From contig CM060732.1 in assembly GCA_030704615.1 (NCBI GenBank), positions 21,576,001-21,640,000 on the forward strand: a stretch of 64,000 bases of DNA. Direction: 5' to 3'. The position numbers and the translations under genes were made by a program. Numbering within the stretch: the stretch's first letter is position 1; every line of letters begins with the position of its first letter. Below the pieces are notes generated by a model that ran no database searches, was not told the DNA's origin, and was given only the letters and a program-made list of their open reading frames with translations. The DNA is from Takakia lepidozioides. Lineage: Eukaryota > Plantae > Bryophyta. Shown here in pieces: positions 25,205 to 36,998 of the stretch.

Positions 25205-28200
25205 TATCTATGACTATCCTTATCACATGACTGGAAGAGCAAAAGCGTTCCTGCATCTGAAAGGAAATTATTGCAGAATCCGCATACCCAACTCCAGTAG
25301 TTCTCATCGAATCTGTTCCAGGATGGAGTCTTTCCCTTTGGAGGAACGTCGGGGACAGGCTGGCCGTCTGGGATGTCAAGGATGACCATGTCAGCGGCAA
25401 AGGGTTTTTGAACACCGCATATGAATGAGGGACCATTGCTCACCTGCAGCATACCGGTATAATTTCAAGTCAAACAAAAATGAGGGTCCCAACAGAAACC
25501 ATCATCTACATTGGCATACACAATTTCGAAAGTCCCATGTGAAGAGGAAGATTCTTACCAGATTAAGAAATGAAATCATGTTATCCCAAGTTGGTGATGG
25601 CACCCCCGAGTAACTGTTTCTCCGAGTCTCCATCATCGTTAGCCATCCCTCATTCACAATCTTGATCTGCCCTGCCAAGTCCGCACGGGAAGGGTGTTGC
25701 TTGGCATCGAATGGACATTCAACAGTGCGGGTGTACCTCCCAGCGGTCTCATCTTTCTCCGTGTCCTCACCTTTCTCCTTTTCCTTCTCTTTCTCCTTCG
25801 CCTTCTCTTTCCCCTTAGCCTTCTCCTTCTCTTTCTCCTTAGGCTTCCCAGGTGACATGGCTATTACCTCTGGAGCCTTTGGATCTTTCCCCTTGCGACC
25901 CGCCTTCCTGCCTTTCTATGGAGTTGCCTGCGCGTCTGGCTCCTTGGCGGCCAATAAAGCAATGTTCCTCTGGTACCCTTTGTCGTTCAAAGGTGCAAGC
26001 ATCTTCGCATGGTTGTTCATATACTTCATATGCTGCTCTTGAAATGTCGTGTGCTCTAGAGGGCAGTCGAGGTACCATCCACAGTCCCTGAAGTGGGCAT
26101 GACTCCAGTCCCTCAAGATACCAGCTGTGTACATGGTGGGATCGTTGGCAGGGTCGGACCACATGTCCAGGTAATCTGGGATTCCACTCAGGTGTTTTCC
26201 TTCCATCAACGCATATTTAGTGTACCTGCGGAGGCTCAAACAAACACCATCCCCCAAAACAAGATATCAAAAAGCAGAAGGAAGTGATGATCGGTGGCGA
26301 TCATCACTTTCACATGAGAGAGAATGCAACATGGGTTGGCAAATCCTTATGATTATGTAGACTGCACAAATGGGAAATGTGATGGTCGGCACCGACCATC
26401 ACTTCATTCATCAGAAACAGACTGCCTATGATAACAGAGGCATGATTAAGGATGGAAACAAGGACATGATCAGCAGTGACAACTGTTTGACTGGAGAATA
26501 TCATGGCAGTGGATGTGATGATCGGTACCGACCATCACCAAACTGTTGTGTAGCAAAAAAGAAATACAAAGCTTTTCTCAATGAGGCATGACAAAAGTTT
26601 AAAGAATGTGTTGGATAGGCATAAGGCACTACACCTGTACACAACACGCATCATCGCCCACTCACCTCCAAATTGACTGTCGAAATCGTTCGACCTCAAT
26701 ATGTTGCCATCCTTGGAGAACTCTCGGAAGAAACAGTACCGCCACGTGAGACCTTTCCACTTTCTAATGTACGCCTCCAAGGTCATCTGTGGTGGTGACT
26801 TCAAGTCCTTCAAATTCTGCTCCAGGACAAGAATAGCGCGTTTCTCCAGCTGCAATGGGAACATGTATCAGAATTGCGCATGACAAACCATTGCCTCCAC
26901 AGCACAATGCTTGTCCTTGTCTTTTGAATGGTGTTTCGCAATGTACCCCATCCAAGCTAGCAAGCGATGGTTCCCGTCCCAGACATAGAACATGTGGTTG
27001 CAAAACTGCTGGGTGTTATGTCCAAGCAGCAGAGAGTCCTCGAACTCGTCATTCACATCCTTCCAGCAATCATCCCAGTTGTTCGTAATCTCTAGGCTCA
27101 CTTTTGTGTTGTGACCATTAGTATCCTTCAGTGAGACGTAAAAAACTTGTGCACCCATTCTATACCCGTGCACGAAATCTGTTTCCAACTTGGTAATGTC
27201 ATGCGAAAGTGGAGGACGAACAACAGACATGGAGATCATCCGGCAGAGAGGGATTTCAAGACGTCCTCCAGAGACGATCATGTCCCTAATAACCTCCTGG
27301 GAATTTACCTTTTGATATGACATAAGTTCTTTCACCTTGTCAAGGTAGTGCAATTCAGGCTTGTAAGTGTCTTCGCTGTTCTCAGAACTCTTTGTGGAGT
27401 CGTCCCCTTCTCCAGAGCCCTTTGCATCTGTTTCTGCCTGCTTGGACTTTACATTTTTCTGCATACCCAAAACCGCCACAACAGCAACATTCAACTGGTA
27501 TTCAGGAAAACAGACATTTCAACATAGTGACAATCGGTACCGACCATCACTTTGTCTTCTAACAAATGAATGGAAATTCTAGTTGGTTTCCCAATGCACC
27601 TTGACTCAGCTCTCACTAGACTGCGATGATCGGTGCCGACCATCAGGATGATGCAAGCGATGGTTGGTACCGCACATCACCACAAGACAACATTGAGGTC
27701 TGAATGTGATGGTCGGCACCGATCATCACTATAAGTCAGAATCCCTTCTATCACTCACTGAACTTGATCTCCTCCTTTGGATTCTGGTGCATTGCCAATC
27801 TGTTCAAAAAGTGATGATCGGTACCGATCATCACAATCAGATTGCATTAGGAAGCGAAACCCATGAGGTCTGAGTGTGATGGTCGGCACCGATCATCACT
27901 CTTAGTCAGAATCCCTTCTTTCACCCACCGAACTTGGTCTCCTTTTTTGGATTCTGGTGTATTGCCAAACCGTTCAAACAGTGATGATCGGTACCGATCA
28001 TCACAATCAGACTGCCTTAGGAAGCACAACCCATGAGGTCTGGATGTGATGGTCGGCACCGATCATCACTTCACAACAGAATTCTCCATTTCATTGTATG
28101 AGATATAGAGCAAAGAAATGGACTTGGAGGTGATGGTCGCCACCGACCATCGCTTTTCTGTTACTGCAATTCCAAATTTGAAGTGGAATGGACATTTCTC

Positions 28201-29152
28201 CACCTAAAGCATTTCATTCTACAAAGGCTTCCAGTGCGAGATAGGATTTTGGGTTAACATGCAGTCATTACCGAAAGTGATGATCGGTACCGACCATCAC
28301 TATGTAAGTGCCAAGGGATGCACAAACAATGGGAGCTGAATGTGATGGTCGGCACCGATCATCACTTTCCTGAACGACTACGCCATTTCTAAACTGTTAT
28401 GAACAAGAAGGGAATGGACCTTAAAGCGATGATCGTTACCGATCATCGCTTCGACGTCATTGCAAGATGCGTCTTTAGTTCCCTGTCACTCTTGAATCAC
28501 AATGAAAATCGCATTCTTTGCTTAAATAAAGCAATGGCGAAGGTGATGGTCGGCACCGATCATCACTTTCGCCTTGATACATATTCTTTCCTGCCTGCCT
28601 GCCTTCCTGAATCTGCTGAAATACGACACCAACTACATTCATCTGTAAAGCGATGATCGCCACCGATCATCGCTTTTCTCACATCGGGGGACCATCAGTA
28701 AAGAGGGAGAAGTGCGTTTGAGAGAACTTATGGATCCCTTCGCCTTCTTCGGCTTCGTGGCTGCATCGCTCGGATCGCCCTCCACAGCTTTCCTCTTCCC
28801 TTTTTCATCGGTCTGAACATAAGAAAAAACAATGTATTGAATCCCACATGGAATGGAAAACATCAAGACTAATGAAAACAGTATTATGCGGATATTGAAT
28901 AATCACCATTTCTGTCTGATGTAGGGTTTGCAGACTTTCTCCCTGTATGGCGTCCACTGCTCCTCCTCCTGTTCTGTTGTCTTCGTGCATGAACTCGGCT
29001 GGCACTGTCTGGTTACCTACGCTCACTGCTCCAGCCGTCGCTGCGACTGCGGCGACCTCACTCTCACTTCCTACATGCTCTTCTGCTTGATTTGTCTCCA
29101 AGTTTACATGCTGCCTAAGCGCTGCACCATCTTGCATGCGACGCCTCGTCAT
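25203..29152 (-). pseudogene. Multi-exon gene, copy 1: acidic N-terminus, ParB/Srx-like domain, linker, N-terminal half of a beta-class DNA methyltransferase-like domain (exons ~29152-28907, 28812-~28731, 27459-~26880, 26850-26635, 26225-25559, 25443-25203)
   Basis: VRPPLSHDITKLETDF...MFYVWDGNHRLLAW; ADMVILDIPDG...FLSDAGTLLLF; GT-AG boundaries; collinear homology with 59615-64000; one internal stop and a deletion of two exons. Confidence 0.75.
26282..28677. repeat. 17 copies of a 24-bp palindrome GTGATGRTCGGYACCGAYCATCAC in two introns (an 18th copy lies at 21713-21738)
   Basis: Copies start at about 26284, 26379, 26515, 27527, 27623, 27657, 27706, 27811, 27876, 27981, 28046, 28129, 28278, 28342, 28427, 28543 and 28650; 27811 and 27981 are perfect palindromes; ~27690-28070 forms a 170-bp tandem unit. 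Confidence 0.95.
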
Positions 29153-30106
29153 TTGCTCTCTTGATCTCAGCCTCTCTCTAAGCGATGTAAAATACAATGA
29201 TTTCCTCTTCTTCCGAACCGAACAAGGAACCCTCTCCAGCTCGACTTCCTCTCTTTCTCTAAGAAACAAGAAATATGAACAGACTCGTTTTCTTTCGGGG
29301 TTCCGTCGTTTTGGAAGTGTCCCTGGAACCGTTCGATTCCCTCTTGCGTGTCCAATACTTGAACGTACGTTACAGTGAAAATAGCGTAACCTAATTGGGA
29401 CAGCTGTTCCTTTGTGCGGTTGTTTTGGGTTGTTGGCGTGTGCAAACATAAAATTGACATGTGTCTTTTTTGTGACGGCTTCATTAATATCACCGTTGGA
29501 CGTCATGGATGAGAATTCTCAAAGTACTTACCATGAGGCCTACTTAGGATTTAATGGAATATGCGTACGTGGAGAGTTCTATGCCCAGGGATTGCATGAT
29601 CTAGAAACCATCCACATGATCAGACATACCTACATGGGATCCTCAGGCTGTCTTCAAGGAAGTCGGCGGGTTTTTATTGTTTTGGGGAGACCCCCACAAC
29701 TAGATGGATTATCTGTCAGCATTGCTCAGAAGACAATACATACTGCATGTCACATACGTTAATTTGACGGTGACTTGTCAAGAACCGTCCCCATTGATTA
29801 GATGGAATATCAGAATATGCACAATCTTCAAGGAACGGGTGCTTCCGCCTCATTTCATGTGCAACCAGTGTGTTGCAAAGCTGAATCGTCTGATTTTAGA
29901 AGGAGCAGCTCAAGAAAGAGAACCCCCCGCTCGGGGACGTAACATGGCTTCCTCCGAAGCAGAGTTTTATTCTGACGACAAACCAGTGCCTTTCTCCAAA
30001 GAAGCACTTGACAATGACAGATCTGGGGATCCAAGCAAGATAGCATGGGCGGTGAGCATGTATGCCCAGGGAACGCCACTTGTTTCTAGAGTTCCACATC
30101 TTGAAG

Positions 30107-30640
30107 ACGCAACATCAACTCTTGTTTGTCCGGACCCTTGCCACCAGCCCCTCCTCGCAAGAAATCACGGTATCTGGTTTGTTGTTGCAAGGCACGTATC
30201 AGATCATCTATTGTTGCCACATACAAATCCCGACCTCGTTTCCCAGACTGTTGCAACCATGCATTGTGCACAGTCTCTGCCAAATTGCAAAATGGCGTGT
30301 TCGCCATTTCCTCAATGGACATGTTCTGCAAAGATGAGAACCACACTTCAAAACAGTGCACAGGGAACAACATAAAGAAAGCAAGGAGAGCAAATTTTGA
30401 AAAGTAAATGTATGAATAAAGCTAGCAATACAAGCCTCGCACCATTGTCATGGCTGCTCCCCACTATCTGTACCGGAAGTGCCAAAACGCCAGCCAATCT
30501 TCCAATGCTATCATACTCTCAAGCGATGCAGCTCCAGAAGAGAACCACCAGGCACGAATTATCTGGAACAAAGTGTCCGCCTCCTTCATTGTTCTAGCAT
30601 CTATCTCTTCCCGGCATTGGCACTTTTGGGTCGCCTGATC
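30107..30640 (-). mobile_element. Mutator/MULE-like DDE transposase fragment (two exons) within element copy 1
   Basis: ADTLFQIIRAWW...WLAFWHFRYR*WG | ...TPFCNLAETVHNAWLQQSG; NxAExxH resembles the context of the third catalytic Glu in MULE-type transposases; intron ~30330-30447; truncated. Confidence 0.5.
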
Positions 30641-31050
30641 CGAAGATAATTCGAACTGCATTGAAATTCACCTGAGCACTATCTGCCATAAAACCAACGA
30701 AATTTGGATAGTTACAAGAAACCTGCATGGGTAGATGGTACATAGTTTGGAGTGATTTTGACATGATACTGCCAAAGTGACAATATGAAAGTATCCAGAA
30801 ACATGTAACATAGATGAGGAGAAGCTGTGGAATGAATGCTTTTCTGACCTCAGACAAGGGTGAGACAACCGAGGGAAAAAGGTGAATGTCTATTAGATTA
30901 CAGAGAGTAGGAGACGCAATTCAGCATAGACACTAAGACAAACTCTTCTTCCCTGCAAAGAGTGTGTTTTGGTATCTGAGCGAATAAATATAATTTCTAA
31001 AAACATAATTTCAATATTTTGTTATTTAATAATGTTCTCATCAAGGCCAC

Positions 31051-31740
31051 TGTCCAATTTTCCTATAATAATAATAATAATCATTATCATAATAACAATA
31101 AATTAAATCCATTAATATTCAAACTTAATATTGGAAATCAATTAATAATTAATTAATGCGTACCACCACACAGGAACGCACACGTGTTGCATAGTGACTT
31201 GTCGAAGGTGTGAAATATGACACGTGTCGCATAGTGGCTTGTTCAAGGTGTGAAATCCGCCGTGAAACATGCCTTTTTTCACACTCTGCCATCGGCCATG
31301 TCACCATGCACCCCGTGAAAAAAGCCACCCATGAAAAAAGCCTCCTGTGGACTTTTCCACAGGGCCACCCGAGAGCCAGGCCGTCCACCAACAAGAAACC
31401 TCCATAGGGGAAGCTTCTTGGGGTAGTTTCTTAGTAGCCAGTATATATAGGAGGCGAGACTGGACACTCTTCAGTCTCGCCAACACAAGTTCAAGCTACT
31501 CTTGTTCCAAGTCCAGTACTCCAGTCCAGTTTCCAGTATCTGGTATTCCAGTCCAGTTTCCAACATTCCAGTATCCGAGTCGAGTTCCAGTATTTTGTAC
31601 TCTTGTCCATTGTTATAAAGATCATCTTGATTCATGTTCACCTACCATGCATTCGGCCATGCCGACCTTGACTTCTTGTCTAGTCTTGTACCTCTAGTCT
31701 GATCTATTGTTTGTGTTCTGTCATGTTCTCGTCCTTGACA
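31051..31740 (+). mobile_element. Possible solo LTR
   Basis: TGTC...GACA ends, TATATATAGG at ~31442, downstream TCCAGT repeats; no matching TSD found. Confidence 0.35.
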
Positions 31741-34700
31741 GATAAGATCAACCTGCCTGACAAAACCTGGATATAGATGATCAAGGATGCCAGCTAGAAA
31801 ACTAAATAAAAAAGACTTACTAAGAGGGTTAAACCCCTCTTCTCCTGGTTCAACCAGAGATTCAGCTGGAGGAAGCGCATAGGTATTACCATGCTCCAAG
31901 GACATCATGGAACCTGGGACCAAGTGGATGTACAGAAGGAAGCATGAGGTTCTGCCCCACACTCACAGTCCTTTATAAAAGCAATCCCTTGATTGCCTCA
32001 TTGACAGTGTCAAGGTACTGGGACTGGAGAGTAGAATGAGGGTTGCATATTCAGAGTCCCAAACGATGGTACTTTCTCAGTGTGGTGCAATGGCTCAATC
32101 TCCATGGTGGTTGTCAGTTCCCGTGGTCGCATTGGCGTATCACAAAGCCAACCTGCAAATGAAAGTACCACAATGGTTTCAATACCACGTATGAGAGATC
32201 GAGGCCTTTGTTGCATCTATGAGAGAAATTCTACATGCATATACCCTGCTATGTTTCCGGGAGGGATCTGCAAGCAAAGTTACACTGTACATAGATTATA
32301 TCCATTGTATCCATTGTAGCTACGAGTACGAATGTGGATGATCCCAAATCGTGCTTGTTGCTCATTTTTAAGGGGCGATTCCTCCTGGGGCCCCTTGTTG
32401 GGGAGGGGTTTTGGGGAGTGCCCATGGAACCCAGCCCTTACTAGTAAGATTACTAACAAATAATAATTACCACTAATTTGTACATTTTTTTAACATTTCT
32501 TTAGTAATCTTTATCTTTCTTTTGTCGTGTTATTTTTTTTTTTTGCCTTTCACTGTGACATGCCTTTGTTTTTGCCTTTCAAATGTCTTGTGACAAGCGC
32601 AAAAAGCAACCTTGCCAATAGGTGTGCACGGTCCTTTATACATGTATGTCCAATTGAAAGAGAACTCTGTATAGCTTTAAAAAAAGAACCCAAGTGGGGT
32701 GATTGTACAAAATTGAAAGCTTGTAAACACGTACGTATTGAAATTTTAGTATTGTATTTGACATGATTGTATGTTCAAAGGGTTTGAGGATACCTAATTT
32801 ACTGAGGCGAGGACGTGTTGAAGCATTTTGTCCTCCATGGCTAACCTTCACCGTGCATCAGGTGCCAAATTCACAAACGATCCTTCAACCAAAATCAGCG
32901 CAATGAATCTGCAGCGAACGAATCTGCGGAGCCAATGAATCCTCGCCAACGCTAGTAGCTTTGGAGTTTGGGCCATGGACAGTTTTCACCGCGCTTTTGA
33001 CTACAACATCTCGGTCTCCTAATTTGCGATGATTGCAAGGGTGATAGGTATGCTTGATTAGAGATGAAGTGGCTGGCCACCTAAACAACTTTTACTTGCA
33101 AGGAGACACGGAGAGAAGCTGAAATAGGAGTTCACAGTACATGTAGTCCCCCACTTCTGGTCCAACAGCACTAATTGCCGTTGCCACCATCATAAACAGC
33201 TTAGATGGGGTGGACCACAAGTTTGTTTATTTTCATGATCTACTTAAAACTTTCCATGGCGTCTTCGTCATGTAAACCTCTCTCACAAGGGCAGTGGGAG
33301 CTTCCATGGCTCAGATGAATCTCCATCTCCACACCATGTTGTGCACCCAAGTAGATAACGCTTACAGTAATCAATATTACACAACGCCCATTTCAACTCT
33401 TTGACTTCACAAGAATGTAGAGTGTGAGTAATTAGGTACTCCGTGTAAGCACAGCTCCAATGCGATACACACATCTCCGTGAGGCAGTCACAGAATGCAA
33501 GGATACAAAGTAACACTGCAGCAACACCGTGCCTTGTCTTTTGGTTTCTCTTTTAAGGGTTCCAGGGACGTTTTCCACATAATAATGTCTGCAACGCTGA
33601 CCCGTTTGACCGGTCAACTTGACGCCACTTGACCTGTCAGCGCAGGTAATTCGTACATACTTCACTCTACGGCCCAGCACGCATATCCTTGCCAGCTGGG
33701 TAGCCATAATAGATTGGCATTGCCACGTACAATCCCCGAATATAATTGGACATTAACAATAAATAACACATCAAGTAATACGGTAGACTATAATGATGTA
33801 GGTATATACCTATATTCCCATCCATTCAAATTTCATCCTAAGACTCACCAAACGTCATCAAAGATCGGCTACTCCATCAATCTTCAACCAGCAGACTAGC
33901 AGATATTCATCCGCCCACGTCCATCCTCCCGAATACTGAGTGAGCTCAGTACTTGGTAAGGTTATTAGTAACTTGAGCGTGAGAGTCAGTTAGTAAGTGT
34001 GTGTGCCGTAGCCATTAACGGCGCCTGCAGCACCGGATTCTGTCTGACGGCCGTGCGATTCGCTACGACCCGTCCAGTCAGCACGTGTCTCCCTTTTACT
34101 CGGCAGCGTACTTCCATTTTGGAAGGTCTGGACCATCAATGATCGAGGATGAACGAGAAATTCATTATTCATCCGTTTGTCCACTCGCACCTTATTCAAT
34201 GAATGCAAGCTTTTGGATGAGTGTTTGGCCTACCTGTGCAGTCCTGAAAGTACCTACAGGGAAGTAGTTTCCTGACTCCGAAGGACCACGCATTTTTCAC
34301 GGCGAGGTGTGCGCACATGCGTCGGCCGCCGTCCTTACTTTGATTTTCCCACGGTCAAGGCTGGTTTGTTTTTTCATTTATTTGTTGTATTTTAAGTGAG
34401 TACAGGAGAGTCAATTCTTGTGAATATGCTGTTAACTTATAGCGATTTGAACTTCAGACCGCAGGCAAAGTGAGTGTAAGTCTTACAAATTATCGTGACC
34501 GGTAAATAACGGCCCGTTTCCGGCGCTCACGTTCCGACACCCCGGCTCGAAATTCCCTGGTCGGAAGGGCCCACTTTATCCTACACGAGACATTATACAT
34601 ATATTCAACAAAGACATTAATTATCCCATATCGTTTGCACTGAAAGTGGCCCTTAACGGGAGTGGGCGTAGGTACTGTGTGTGCCTTTGCCCTGGGAATT

Positions 34701-36998
34701 TGGTTGTATAAGTTTGTTTGCCGGATGTTTTTCAGGGAGAAGTGAGGACCCCAGGTCGGGAAATTATATGGATTGTGAAGAAAGTCGTGTGTCCTGGTCT
34801 TTGACAAAACATGTTTTCCAGCTGCAGAAGGAATGTAAGTGGTCTGAAATGCCGGGTCTGGCAAACCGTTATTACCCCCTTCCCAAGAACTCCTGACCCA
34901 GGATTTTGCCGCCCCTCTTCCATGTTTGTCAGCACACTTGTCCGGGTGTGTGGAGAGGGAGCCTTGATTTCATGGGGGGTGTGTGCAGCCTGCTGGAGTG
35001 CACCGGACCGGAGGTGGGTTGTCTCGGAGAGCAGGAATGAAGCATGTTTACGGTGTTGATAGTCTATAAGTTACCTGTAGCGAGTTCTGTGGTGTGTCTT
35101 GTTGGACAGCAGTAAAAGAAGCATCTTTTGGGTGCCACGCTCCATCAGCGGCATGCACTTGTATTGGGGGAACACGAAGGCAGAGATCGTAGCCTGTGTT
35201 GCTGATGGCGGAAGAGGAGCAAGGGTGCAGTGAACGAGCAGCACGAGTGGACCTATCTCATTACCGTGCAAGTTTGTTTCTCCGCCTGTGCATCCGGTGT
35301 TTGGTCCCCATGCTTCACGTCACCAGTGTGCAGCCGGAGTGTGAGAGCTTGAGTTCTTCAGAGGAATAGTCCGGTGGGTGAATCTCGAGGTGAGTGGTCT
35401 GCCGTAAGCTTACTTTCCAAGAAAGAACCACTTTTCAGAGGTCAGTCACGAAAGTCGAACTTGGGAAGTCGGCCACTGCAAGTCACTTGGATCGCACCGA
35501 AAATGAGCCGTCAAGGTAAGGATTGTAGGTGTCAACAACCCGTAGCTCGGTTGGTCAAAGAAGACAACGCATTGAGACTGTTTCGATGTTCAGTATACTT
35601 TAAGATCAATGCAGTACAAAATTGGCTACAGGCAATGTGGAATGCTGTTGGCAAGCAAGGTGAAGCATTCGAAAGGAAGAGAGAGCTGTGCGATAGTGGT
35701 GTCGGCCTTTTTCCCGGTGCCGTGTTGCAGTGTCATCTAGATGGTTCTAATGCAGGTTTAGCCACTGCTGGTTACTCACACTCGACAGTGTCTTGTCAGT
35801 ATGGTGATCAAGAATGCTGTGCATCTGTTCCAGATTGATGCTTTTGTTTTCTTAATTATCGATAGCTTCTTTTGAAAGGAAAATAAATAAGATGAAGATA
35901 CTTGAGCATCTAAAACCTCTGCTTGTAACCTTTCGTTATGCCACGAATGTGGAAACATTCAGAGGACGCCCTGAATCATGTTCATATCCCTAGGATGTGT
36001 AGTCAACTGGTTTTCCAAAATTTAGGCCCCGTTGAAAATTCATCGATTTATATTCTGCAACCTTCTCAAGAATGGAGGACAGCTTAGACCTGTGAGATCC
36101 AGGACCGTTGGAAGAGATGGCACAGAAGTTGGGTTTGGGCGTGCTTTCAGAATGAAACCTTTAAACGGCCCAGCTCTGCTGTGAACGGGACTTTGTTGGG
36201 CTGTAGAGATGAGACATTCACTGATCAAGTTATCTGTCATCCATGTCGCCAGTTCTACATGACAGTGATGTCTGTGTCTGCCTTCGTCTGGCAGGCTGGA
36301 TTTGGGGAGAATACCCATTGTCATTGCTTCAAGACGTGTAAAAAACAGAGAGTTACAGATATGAGCATGAAATGCCTTTGATGCCAAAGAGCTTTAAACC
36401 TGGTGGATCACGAGTTCTACAAAGTTTGCGAGTAAGGGTTAGTGGATGTGATTGGGCATGTGCATTGCTTTGAAAATGTAGATTTCGAGGATCTTTGTCC
36501 CTCATCAGTGTGTTGCACTTGTATTGTAAAGCTTGGTCCGGGTGGAAGAATTGATTCAAAATAGCATATCTCACAGCTTCCCATTGTCAGAGTTAGATTG
36601 GTGGACCTCTTTGGCAATCGGAGGAGACTCCAAGCATTGACTACTGTGCCAGGAACTTAAGGAGCATCCATTGAAGAGCACAATAGGAGTGAGATGCTGA
36701 GATCTGAATACTTTCTACACTAGTCATCTGATTAGACATGGGTTTGCTTTGCCAACTGTGTGCAGAAGCATAGCATTGCAGCAAGTCTTCGGAGATGGAC
36801 TTTCAGTACATTTGACTTTACAAAGCTGCATCTGGATGAAAATTCAACTCTATCTGCTCTCTGATAGAGCATATGGCTTTTGAACTGACGCTCAAAGCAT
36901 TCATTGAGCAGATATTCCAGAACAGACAACCAGGAAACAGGTGTCATAGTTGTGCTTCTTCAAGACAAGACAAGCCTCTGTAAGCATTGCTGCCATCC

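Noticed and set aside
25662-26042. FS-repeat ORF on the plus strand
   Set aside because: Antisense of the KEKEK linker of the ParB-MTase gene.
27526-28677. CRISPR-like appearance (palindromic 24-bp repeats with spacers)
   Set aside because: Spacers vary from about 10 to 125 bp and some are duplicated (170-bp tandem unit); the array is in an intron of a eukaryotic gene; no cas genes are present.
32370-32445. Helitron-like 3' end (GC-rich tract then CTAGT)
   Set aside because: No convincing hairpin or 5' TC end could be identified.
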